Source of the DNA: Schizochytrium sp. TIO01
Lineage: Eukaryota; Protista; Bigyra: Labyrinthulomycetes
Reading direction: 5' to 3'
Assembly (NCBI GenBank): GCA_004764695.1
Contig: SMSO01000032.1
Location: 7,224,483 to 7,288,482, forward strand
Length of the DNA stretch: 64,000 nucleotides
The notes under the pieces are model-generated. The model had not been told where the DNA came from, ran no database searches, and saw only the letters and a program-made list of their open reading frames with translations. The position numbers and the translations under genes are program-made. Shown in pieces: positions 21,532-31,811 of the stretch (its first letter is position 1; the number at the start of each line of letters is the position of its first letter).

Positions 21532-24370
21532 TCTGTCTTCTCTTCTTTTCTCTCTGAGGCTTTTCTTCTTTTCTTCTTTTCTTCTTTTCTTCTTTTCTTC
21601 TTTTCTAAAATTCTTCGCCCCTTCGCCGCTCCTCTGCCTGATACCTCTGTCATGGCTCGTTCCGCGCAGGCAAAGCCGCCTTTCGGAGCCCAGGACGCAG
21701 CGCAGAGGCGAAGAGAGGCCTCGCGAGGATAGCGCCAGAGCAAACGAGATCGAGAAAGAGAGCAAAAAAGCAAGAAAGAAAGCAAGTTCTTTCTCTTTGA
21801 CGCAAGATCGAGCTCCCACCACCAACAACTAGGGCTACCGTTTTGGATAGCTGGGCCCTACGTCGCGAGCAAATTCTGTGGCGCCAAAGATTCCGGAGAC
21901 ACAATCTCACAAGGCCACGGGGATGGAACTATGGAAAGATGGGATGATGACGCGGGGTCTGGTAGGCAAAGACGTCCCTTCGCGAACACGCGACCGACCG
22001 CTTGGAGGTTACACGTAACGAAAGCACGAGGACTCGTTATGAAACGAATAGTTCTGGACTGACTCGGAGTTCCTCAGCGCTTCTGCCTTTTTAATTGCTG
22101 GGTACATCATAAAGCACTGGGATGCCTGTGTTTCAGGAGTTTTGACGCGATTGTTTAAGCAAGCGAGCAAGCGTGTCTCTGGTGCAAGAGAGTGAAAACC
22201 AGTGCCTCAGAATCAACGCAAGCGGATGTAAGGAACATATTTATCATTGTAAATTTGTCGCCAGGTAAGCAAACGGTGAATGTGATGGTATAATATGCTG
22301 TTTGGTGAGGTTTCGATGAATCACCTGCGCTTGGCTGTCTAAAAGAGAGTTGCAGGTGTTTTTTGGGTTATGTCTCCTTTATAGCATGTGTCATCAGTAC
22401 TACCGTCCGCATATAATGTGACTTTGGCTCTAAGACGATGCAAAAATCTAGATAGAATTGTGTTGAATGTATGCACCTTGTCTCAAATTAATCACTGAGT
22501 ACTAATGGTAATGTATCTAAAAAAACATGATTCAGAGTTGTAGACCTAACTCGAGGAGTTACGGTATACTTTTTTAGCCATCGACATGTACTTAAGCAAA
22601 CTTAGATCTACAAGTGTCAAAACAGCGCGAGGTGACAGCACATTTTCAATCAATTTTACAATTGACAAGGTCAACTATTTTCAAGAGAAGTACGTGCTGC
22701 AAGTCACTTTTAGAATAGAATGAAAGGCTTTGTGAATTAAAATATTAGTGGAGATTCTCAAAGTTTGAAAGTGAACTTATGATGCGGTGTGTCATTTCTG
22801 GAGATAAAGATAATGATGATGATGATAATGGCAGGGGCGCAGGCAATTTTGCATTAGTGAAATTGGTGAATGCGATGATATCTTTATCAAGTCTACAATA
22901 TGAGGGAGGAATTTTGCAGAAAAGGCAATTTCCTCTTCAGTCCTAAGTTGAAAAGATTGTTTTTGTCTCCAGAGCCATGGATCTAGTTATCTACAACTTA
23001 TTCAACTGTTACTGTCTTTTCAAAGTGACGATGTCTAATTGCCTCTATTCAGTTCTATGTTGTTCGATGCGTTCCATTTCATCTTATGTTTCAATAACAA
23101 ACAGAGCGACCTCAACTCAGATAAACGGGCATCGATCGGTGCAATTGCAACAGAGCCATATTGTTCTGATGTTGTCTGCAAATCACTATGGGTTGATAAT
23201 ATTACCTAGCGAGTATTAGTTTGATCCGGCGATTATTTCATTTGCCATAAGTTTTTATGGAGTAGAAAATTGAGTAGTAGTTCTACCTATTGAAAAAGCG
23301 TAACATGTGCACTAATCGAACAGAGAAAAAAGCCAAAAGAGCCAATGTTATGAGAAGAGTACCATGGTATCGTTATAATTCAGGCCATTAGAAGAGAAGC
23401 AATCTCAAACCAAGGATAGCTAAAAGCTTGCTTCTTGTCCTCATTAAAGCCATGGTGTCTTGATTCTTGTGGATCAGAGAACGAGTGCCTAGTACGTAGT
23501 AGACAATCATGAAAAAGTCTTGCCTCGTATTATTTTGTGCAAGATGGGAAACATGAAAGAAGAGACTCAGTCCTTGCACTTTAATTGATTTATTTGATTC
23601 GGAGACGCGATCACCTTGGTGGCTTTGCGCAGATGGAAAAACCAACACCTCGTCGACCTACTACTACTGTTTCCTAAATATATAAATGTCAACACACAGG
23701 CTACTATCGTCGCCTGGGTTATGTCGAATGACGCAAGGAATTGTAGGCATAAAATACTTTCATCAGTAAGTTGCCAAGTATTCTACATCGAAAAAATCAT
23801 TTAGTAGTAGTCCTACTTAGGAATGATACGAGTAGTAAAAGTGGTAGTCAGCTATGAATAATAATTTGATTTGTATTTTCCAAGGTTTTTCTTCAAAGTC
23901 AACTATCAGAGCAACTTTTGAGGGGCTGCAGAACCGGTTTACGAGTGGTATATTCTGGCAAACTTGGGTGCGTCCACGGGCGTATAGCCTTGCACTTGTC
24001 TTGGTTAGGAAGCTTGAGCGTTGACGACCTGATAGGCAAAGTCTGCTCCCGGGTGGACTAAACAGTCTATTACTTCTACGAGGGCGTCTTCGTCGCGAAA
24101 GAGATCGGCCCCGAGCAGGTTAGTCAATGTCCGAGAAGTTTGTTGAAGACTCGTGAGGACGGACGTATCTTGTTGATGCAAGCTGGACTGGGATAAATTC
24201 ATCTTCGAATTGGCCACTAACGTTGTGTGATTGTGTAAATTCAGGTGGTGCTGTTCTTGCTGCAAAACAGAAACAACCGTTGTCCGAGGAGGATTATTAC
24301 TTGTATCTTGAGCAAGAGGCTGAAGAGGGCAATAATATTTTTATTCTTTTAGGGGTATACCAAGGCCACC

Positions 24371-24919
24371 ATGGAGCGTGTCCAAGGAGTACTGGAGGCT
24401 CTGAGCAAGGATGCTCTGCTGCAAATGGACCTCAAAGACCCCGAAGTCATCGCTGCAATCGACCATTGGACTGGTAAAACACGACTCTCTACTGAAGAGG
24501 CAAGCCGATTTGAAGAGAATTACCGTGTCATGCAGGTTATGGGAAAACTCCAGCGCCTACAAGCCGAATGCCGTGAAGCCGGCATTGGTGTTCCTATCAA
24601 AGCACTCCTAGCTGGCAGCACCGATCCTTACTATGGCGTACCCAAAGCCACTTCTAGCAAAGACATTCCAAAGATGCCTGCTGCTGTACCTATGGAAGAA
24701 CCGCCTGAAATGCACGTAGATAACAAGGCTCAGGCTGTAACTGGTACAAGGTCTATGCTTTCTGAGCAGGAGCAAGAAGAAATTCAAGGCCTTGAAACTT
24801 GGCTTGAGCTTTCGTTCTTGAACATCGCCCAGTGGTGGGCTTGGCAATTTGCATTCCTTGGCGTTGCAATCACACATTGGAGCAGCTGGGAGTTAAGTGT
24901 AGCCGCTTCATCTGAGTAA
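24371..24919 (+). CDS. Hypothetical protein, 182 aa; helical N-terminal domain and Trp-rich hydrophobic C-terminus
   Basis: Perfect Kozak GCCACCATGG and natural amino-acid composition. Upstream intron signals: GTTAGT at 24119, CACTAAC at ~24215, TCAG at 24244. No family recognised. Confidence 0.65.
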   Translation: MERVQGVLEALSKDALLQMDLKDPEVIAAIDHWTGKTRLSTEEASRFEENYRVMQVMGKLQRLQAECREAGIGVPIKALLAGSTDPYYGVPKATSSKDIPKMPAAVPMEEPPEMHVDNKAQAVTGTRSMLSEQEQEEIQGLETWLELSFLNIAQWWAWQFAFLGVAITHWSSWELSVAASSE

Positions 24920-25232
24920 GCGTATTTACATAAGTTCTGCGCGTACTGGCATTTAATGTTTGAACGCAAAACACAAGGGGACCTTGCCCTACCTAAATCT
25001 CCTCACAGTTGCAAATGAAGCATTGAGCGAGCCGTGGAGCAGTATGACTTCTTCTAAACGAACGACATGGGCATTATTAACATATGAGCAAAAGAAAAGA
25101 CAAAAGTTATCGTAACGAGAGAACGTGGAAGAGACAACAAACGGTGTGAGACAAAAGGCTACAAAATTTTCTTGTATTTTTTTTCTTCCTTTCAAGTGTG
25201 TCCAAGACTCATCAGGACAGCGAGCTGGCCTC

Positions 25233-28200
25233 TCAGTCCATGGGTAGAGTAGGATCAGGGAGCCTGCCTGTACGGATTAAATCGATGCGCTCCATGAGGA
25301 CCCTGACCAGATATGGATCACTGTATGAGTTCCAGCGCACACGAAATTCATCTGCAACCATAACCTTCGAGTCTGTGCCAATAATAAAGATTGTTACAGG
25401 AGGCGCTCCTGAAGCACGATATGCCTTGGCATCCGTATCTTTGTTGCCAAAAGTTGCAAGAAAAACTGGATAGCGTCGAATGTCTCGCCCAGCCTGCACA
25501 AAGCAGTCACGTAACTGCTTGAGCATGGCTGTTTTAAAGATATGAGAGGACCGGTCCACAACTTCTCGCCGAAAACTAGACGTGAAGGTGGTGGTATCTG
25601 TAATTATAGGCCCTGGTGGCAATCTCCTCATCGTCATACTCGATGAGGAAATTGGCTGCTCTAATTCATAAATATATGAACGAGTTTCATTGATCAAGTT
25701 CAAAGGTCTGGCTGTGAGATACATCATTCGAGCATCTGTCTCATGAATGAGGTGATTATACAAGTAACACACGCCAGGGTGAGCATGCCCTTTCTTCCAA
25801 CCCATACGTGCTCCAAGCACACCGTTGATCATGCCCCCTACATCAGATCGCGTAATTGTGCCGTCAATATCGGAGACTATTATACTGTCCGAAGAGTCCC
25901 AGACCCAAAGAAATGCTTCAATGTAGTTGAGGCGATACTCTTCGTTGGCCGTGTAACGATGCTCGAACCGTAACTTGTGCGGGCCGAGCCTGGACATCAG
26001 ATCTGGCAGCCCGCCAAGTATGGTAGGATCAGGGACCAACGAACCACCTGAAAACGTGGCAACACCGGCATCACCAATACGCATTGTGAAACGGACTCGC
26101 TCATCAACAAGGACATCAACAGTATCTCCCTTTGCCTCAAATCTACCGCTTCGCCCAGTAAAACGAACATTGAAATCAGTGGAGAAAACGAGTCCCTTCT
26201 CAGAGCATCGTACAGCAACTACATCAGTAGCATAGCCATTCTTTCGCAGGATGGGTTGTGAGCCGTATTGATTTTGAGTTTGCTGGTGGATAGGTGCATT
26301 TGCCGGTGTTGATACCGTGCTCCGTATGCGATCCAGGTCTTCCATGGTTCCTCGCCACTGAACATCATTTGGATCATAAGCGTTGGATGACTTGGACGGA
26401 GGAGGCGGAGGCGGAGGAGGTGGAGGCGGAGGAGGTGGAGGTGCCTGATATGCTCCACTCTGGGATACGGCAGGTGTTCCTGCAGGCCCAGTCATTGACA
26501 ATGGCGCTAAAGGACGGTTGCGAACAGATTCGGGTCGACGAGGCTGCACTGGAGGAGGGGGGGCAGAAGAGTTGTCACTCTTAGCATCTGCAATCGGTTG
26601 TCCAACGTGAATATCAACACTGTTCTTAGGGGGCGGGGCTGACCGCCTGTACTGCTGTCTCTGCGCTTCCAGTGAGTTCGCTGCATTCTTGACATTTACT
26701 TGCATCGCGCTGGTTAGCTCCTGTGCTTTCACAGCTGGGTCGTCGTAAGCCAGCTGAGGTACTGTAGCTTGTGCACTCAGATCTCTAACTTCAAGGTTGG
26801 CCTGCTTATCAGCAGGGAGAAGTTCCACATAATTCATTGGCACAAGACCAATTTCTCGCGTACGCAGGTTCTCGCCCCACATCCAGCCCTCTTCAGGTTT
26901 TCTGCCACCTCGATTTGCAGCTTGGCGAATCAGATCATCAGCACCGAAGTCAAGCTCATCAGGATGCCGACGTGAAAAGTCGTACGAGGCCTGGTAGACG
27001 ACTAATGGAGGCACCACTTTCCTACTTGGCGGTTCTCGAGAAGGAGCTGTAACGCTCGAAGCTGTTGAAGAGGAACGTGAAATGTCAGAGTCTTGTTTAC
27101 TCGGCGCGGGAGGCCTCGAAGTCCGGGACACTGTGCTATGAAGTTTGGCAGAGGCCATGGTAGTAGTAGAGATATCTGTTGGAGTTGTCGCAGATTCCGC
27201 ATCTGAAGGTCGTTGCGGTCGAGTTGGCGCGGCATGAGGCAAGGTGCGAGGCCGGGGCTTGTTCACATGCTGGTGTGGGCCGTATGCACGACCAACTCCG
27301 CCGCCACCTGTGGCGTGACTACGGTTTGTGTGTTTTTTCTTGGCCAGATGGTGGATGGTTTCAGGCTGGGCCTCACCACCACTATCTTGCTTGGTTTGAG
27401 ATGAATTTCCTGACATCGAACTTGAAGGGTGGATATTGAGCGTGTGTCCAGCAGGGACATTGACAACTGATGGCTTACTGCCTGGTTGACTGCCCGGAAC
27501 AGTTACATCTTCCCCACCTTCTGAGTCGCCATTGGCTTCGCTGTCTTCACCTGTGTCCTCATGCTCGAGATGAAGCATATCTTCACCTTCTGTAGCGCTG
27601 TCATTATCCTCTCCGAGTGACCCCAAGCCGCCTTCTGACGACCCTTTTATAGCAATCGGACTTGTGCTAGGCCCGTGTCCACTTTGAGATATCGCCTCAT
27701 TTTTCCTGCTTTCGAAAGACGCCGCCAGTGCAGCGACGCTATTTCCCGATCGAGGTCGATCTAAGATCTCGGACTTGGCTCGTTGTGATTCCTGAGCAGC
27801 ATCCAGCTCCGGAGTTATGGACCTGTGCTTAAGAGCAGTCGATCCTGCCGGCATGGACAAGCTACGGTCAATCCCTGCTTCAGTCTTGAATTTCATTGCT
27901 GCCGCAGCACGGGCAACTTCATTCGCTTGCGTCATAACCTTTTTATCGACATTTATAGAACTCTTCGCTCCCGAGCGAATGGATGATTCCTTGACTTTGT
28001 TGGAGACATCGGTAGTCGTGCTATTAGACGAACCCCCAGCAAAAAGAGCTGCGCGTTGAGCAACGCTGAGACCAGCGCCCTCGACGTCTTTATTTGTCTT
28101 GTGACTATCCAGTCCATCTTGATCTTGAAGTTCATCTTCTCCTTGGCCTGCAGCAGAATCGTCTCGGGTGCTCCTTTGATTGAGATCAGCTATTATAGTG

Positions 28201-28361
28201 GCAGAACAAGTTGCTTCTTGCTGGGTACCATCAAGACGGCTGGCGTCAAGAGGCGTGGATGAGGCCGACGCTGAGGGCGTTGGTGCAGAAGAAGCTTGTG
28301 AGACCCATTTGCCGTTTACGAGCTTCCACTCGTGGCCAGGTGGGACGTCTCTCTGTTCCAT
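25233..28361 (-). CDS. SH3-domain lipin/Pah1-type phosphatidate phosphatase (SH3 + polyproline + N-LIP + LNS2/C-LIP HAD domain), 1042 aa
   Basis: SH3 YQASYDF..PDELDF..GWMWG..GLVPMNYV (~26815-27000). N-LIP-like DVVAV..STDFNVRF..VDVLV..MRIGDAGVATF (~26050-26225). HAD motifs IIVSDIDGTITRSD, YLTAR, FKTAML and FGNKDTD..AY. Confidence 0.88.
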   Translation of the reverse strand: MEQRDVPPGHEWKLVNGKWVSQASSAPTPSASASSTPLDASRLDGTQQEATCSATIIADLNQRSTRDDSAAGQGEDELQDQDGLDSHKTNKDVEGAGLSVAQRAALFAGGSSNSTTTDVSNKVKESSIRSGAKSSINVDKKVMTQANEVARAAAAMKFKTEAGIDRSLSMPAGSTALKHRSITPELDAAQESQRAKSEILDRPRSGNSVAALAASFESRKNEAISQSGHGPSTSPIAIKGSSEGGLGSLGEDNDSATEGEDMLHLEHEDTGEDSEANGDSEGGEDVTVPGSQPGSKPSVVNVPAGHTLNIHPSSSMSGNSSQTKQDSGGEAQPETIHHLAKKKHTNRSHATGGGGVGRAYGPHQHVNKPRPRTLPHAAPTRPQRPSDAESATTPTDISTTTMASAKLHSTVSRTSRPPAPSKQDSDISRSSSTASSVTAPSREPPSRKVVPPLVVYQASYDFSRRHPDELDFGADDLIRQAANRGGRKPEEGWMWGENLRTREIGLVPMNYVELLPADKQANLEVRDLSAQATVPQLAYDDPAVKAQELTSAMQVNVKNAANSLEAQRQQYRRSAPPPKNSVDIHVGQPIADAKSDNSSAPPPPVQPRRPESVRNRPLAPLSMTGPAGTPAVSQSGAYQAPPPPPPPPPPPPPPPSKSSNAYDPNDVQWRGTMEDLDRIRSTVSTPANAPIHQQTQNQYGSQPILRKNGYATDVVAVRCSEKGLVFSTDFNVRFTGRSGRFEAKGDTVDVLVDERVRFTMRIGDAGVATFSGGSLVPDPTILGGLPDLMSRLGPHKLRFEHRYTANEEYRLNYIEAFLWVWDSSDSIIVSDIDGTITRSDVGGMINGVLGARMGWKKGHAHPGVCYLYNHLIHETDARMMYLTARPLNLINETRSYIYELEQPISSSSMTMRRLPPGPIITDTTTFTSSFRREVVDRSSHIFKTAMLKQLRDCFVQAGRDIRRYPVFLATFGNKDTDAKAYRASGAPPVTIFIIGTDSKVMVADEFRVRWNSYSDPYLVRVLMERIDLIRTGRLPDPTLPMD

Positions 28362-30134
28362 TGAGCCAACCGCAGCCTAGTTCTCGCGGTTTGCAGCGCA
28401 GTGCCTCGCGCGAGATCGAGATCCTGTCTGCCCAGCGACGAAGGACTCCGATTCTGATCTGCAATGAAAAAGGATAAACCAAAACAAACAAAAAAACAAT
28501 TCGCGAGAAGAAAATGATTTTGAGCTTCATCTATTCGTTTTTAGTCTACTGTATATGAGCAGAGTCAATAGAGCTCTCTTCGCTCCACTATAGAGAATTG
28601 AATATTGTTCATTTGGAAATGTTTTGAGAACCTGAGGGAGGGGATCCATCTTCGTTTGAGGCGGCTGTCAGCTTGGACTTGTATAGGAGTCTACGAAGCA
28701 AGTTGTCTCGCAATTGCGATGTACAGTGATGCTCGCTCTGGGAAGAGGAGGAGATGCTTGAGGGAGGTCGCTCTTCGGATGGCTAGATGGTGGGAGTTTA
28801 GATGCGGAGGAAGACGAAAGAGAAGACTCGATCCACTCATCTTAGTTAGCTAGCGAGCTAGCTAACTTGGTTTTCTTTCTACGACCAAGCTTCGTTTCAG
28901 TGCATTTTGTTAAGTTTGGATTTGAGGATACCTGAGTAGGTAGGTACTGCGGAAAATGTTCAATTGGCTAGAGACGAAGACTGCCGTACGAGTGAAGTCT
29001 TGTTGTTCGCTTAATTGCTTGAAGATTGTTTCGTTGGTACATGGGTGACAGAGGCCACTCATTTCACATAACTAATGAAGAGGTGTGAAATTCCAAAGAT
29101 CAAGTCAGTTTTGGGGCTAAGAGAAAACCAAGAATTGAATGCTGAGTCTACGAAAAGAAGAGAGCGGAAGTGGGGTATGTGGCGGAGCCTATAGCATAAT
29201 GTTAATTTCTATTTTTCTTGCTTTTATAAATTAATATTACAAATTGCTGTAAATTAACCACGGAGCTCGTTTTCTGTATAACTTTACATCTGGGTGATGT
29301 CCTAGCGTTTCTCTTTGCAGTTAGAGCCTACCAATCTATAAACATAGCATACCAGCATATCTCATTGAGGCCAACTGATCGCTCAGGAAGCATTCTCTGT
29401 CCAAATTTGGGTCTTATTTTAGTACTTTCACGTCTGCAAGACTCAAAGTCTGCTCCAGACGATCTCCCGCATCGTATCATCTACGCACATAGATCTTACA
29501 TCTTCTTCACAACTTACCAAGCTGCTCTTGTGCAAGGCCTGCAAGTCACCATCACCAAATCTGTCCATGAAGAAGTCTCTCTCTTCGGCAAATTCTCTTT
29601 ACCCAAAATGTTGCTCATGCTTTTCCCCGATTTTCCGACCAAAGATATTCTTTTCCTACCTTGGCTATTGTTCTTTCTGTTCTCTGTTCTCTTTATTGTC
29701 TGTTCTTTGAAACCTTATATTTTGCTAGACCCATGTTAATGCTGAAAGAAACGTTCTTTCATGCGATGGATTTCTTCGATGTTTATTTCTTTCCTATTTG
29801 TTGATTGATGAAAAAACAAAGGAAACAGCGATGATCATCATATCTCTTGGAGAGGCCTCCAAACTCACATCGCCATCGTGCGAGCTCCAGGTCGTCCGAG
29901 AGACACCTGCTGCCTGTGTGAGGGACTGTCTGGGCTCCCCGCTAATTAGTTCACCTACTGTTTGTGCTGCTGGTGTTGGCGAGCCGTGCGAATCTTAGGA
30001 CGTGACCTGGAAAGAATAAACAGCTTTGAGCGACCTGGAAAAGTTTGGCGAGAAGTCGAACGCTTGCACGCACGCAAATTCATACTTAGACTTACTTGGG
30101 TCGAGATCACCTGGTTGGAAAAGAGTATCACAAG

Positions 30135-31028
30135 ATGAACTTCCTCGGTTTTGGCAACTCAGCGAGCTTCGTGCTCAAGTTTACGAGTGCAATCAAAGGC
30201 CGGCCCACGAAGAAGATCAAGCACGAAGACGGTGGTGTGGAAGAGCTCGTTATCTTCCAGGGCCATGAACCGATTCAAGGTGAGGTGACAGTGATCCCTA
30301 AGGGCAAAAAGCTGGAACATATTGGAATTAAGGTGGAGCTCATTGGCCAGATTGAGATGCTTTATGACCAGAGCCGCAATTCGGAATTCACCTCGCTGGT
30401 GTGCGAACTGGACTCGCCCGGCCTGCTGTACAATGAGAAGACCTATGCCTTTAACTTTGCCAACGTGCCCAAACCCTACGAGTCCTACCGCGGTCTAAAC
30501 GCGCGTCTTCGCTATTTTCTGCGGGTAACCGCTACAAAACAGTACGGAGTGTCAACCAAGGAGCACGAGTTCTGGGTGCAGAACATCCAGCCCGAGCCAG
30601 AGATTAACAACTCCATCAAAATGGAGGTTGGCATTGAGGAGTGCCTGCACATTGAATTCGAATACCAAAAGTCCAAATACCACCCTAACGAAGCTGTGGT
30701 TGGAAAAATCTACTTTCTGTTGGTCCGAATCAAAATCAAGTATATGGAGTTGGGCATTTTGCGGCGCGAGTCCACAGGTACCGGCGACAATATGGTTACC
30801 GATTCTGAAAAAATTACCAAATTTGAAATTATGGATGGGTGCCCTGTGCGTGGTGAAGCAATCCCAGTACGACTTTTTTTGTCTGATAGCAACCTTACCC
30901 CAACTTATGAGAACGTCAACAACCAGTTCTCCGTTCGCTACTTTCTAAACCTCGTTCTTGTTGACCAGGAGGAACGAAGCTACTTTAAGCAGCAAGAAAT
31001 TACTATCTGGAGGAAGGATTTGGGTTAA
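30135..31028 (+). CDS. VPS26: Vacuolar protein sorting-associated protein 26 (retromer subunit), 297 aa
   Basis: Conserved KLEHIGIKVELIGQIE, KPYESYRG.NARLRYFL, IKMEVGIEECLHIEFEY, FEIMDG.PVRGE.IPVRLFL and FSVRYFLNLVLVD..R.YFKQQEI. ATG at 30135 gives MNFLGFG. Confidence 0.96.
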   Translation: MNFLGFGNSASFVLKFTSAIKGRPTKKIKHEDGGVEELVIFQGHEPIQGEVTVIPKGKKLEHIGIKVELIGQIEMLYDQSRNSEFTSLVCELDSPGLLYNEKTYAFNFANVPKPYESYRGLNARLRYFLRVTATKQYGVSTKEHEFWVQNIQPEPEINNSIKMEVGIEECLHIEFEYQKSKYHPNEAVVGKIYFLLVRIKIKYMELGILRRESTGTGDNMVTDSEKITKFEIMDGCPVRGEAIPVRLFLSDSNLTPTYENVNNQFSVRYFLNLVLVDQEERSYFKQQEITIWRKDLG

Positions 31029-31811
31029 TGATAATCAACTGTAACAACCAACAAGCTTAGCTCACAGAGAACCTGGATATGGTATTATTTGAACACTCGC
31101 AGAGAGCCCTTGACAAGAAGGGCCATATGCACTTTTTCCTCTCAGACTTACTTGCTCTTTTTTATACTTTTGCCAAGATCTTGACGTATGACATGCTCCT
31201 CAGTTGAGTGTTCACCTCCTACCCTCTCTCAGAAAAACAAAAGAAGGATAGATGTATTAGCCTATACTTTCTTCATCACGCCATTTCTAGTTTTTATTCC
31301 TATAACTCGAATTTTATGGATTAATTACTTCGACATTTCCCTTTTCTTATAATCATTATTAGGGTGTTGTGTATTATATGAGTCAAGCTGACTTGGTGAG
31401 TCTCTATTTGGTATAGTTTGTGCATAAGAAGTCTTTTATCCCAAATAATGACATGGAGAATCTTCCATCATAGCTTTTCGTGAACTCGTGAAAACAGATT
31501 TATAATTATGTTAGGAAGTATCATGCATGGATTCCGACCAGGAACAACTTTTTTTTCATGCTTAATTTCCTGCTCTCAAGTTTTAGAGCCCTAGCATATC
31601 TTTCCTGTTTTTGGCTTGCCATTATACAAATGAAGATGAAATCTAATATTCTCAAATTTTGTTTTCTAACTTGCAATACCTGTAAGATTTGCAGGTACAC
31701 ATAAGAAATTCATATAAAGTATATTTATATTCCACAGCAATATATGTTTCACCAGAACTTAAAAAACTATAAGAAGTATATACATAGTTTATGCAAAGGA
31801 GGAAACCAAGT

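Noticed and set aside
21310-21910. Several 85-172-aa ORFs upstream of eEF1B
   Set aside because: Low-complexity purine/pyrimidine-skewed promoter and UTR sequence; no domain; non-ATG starts.
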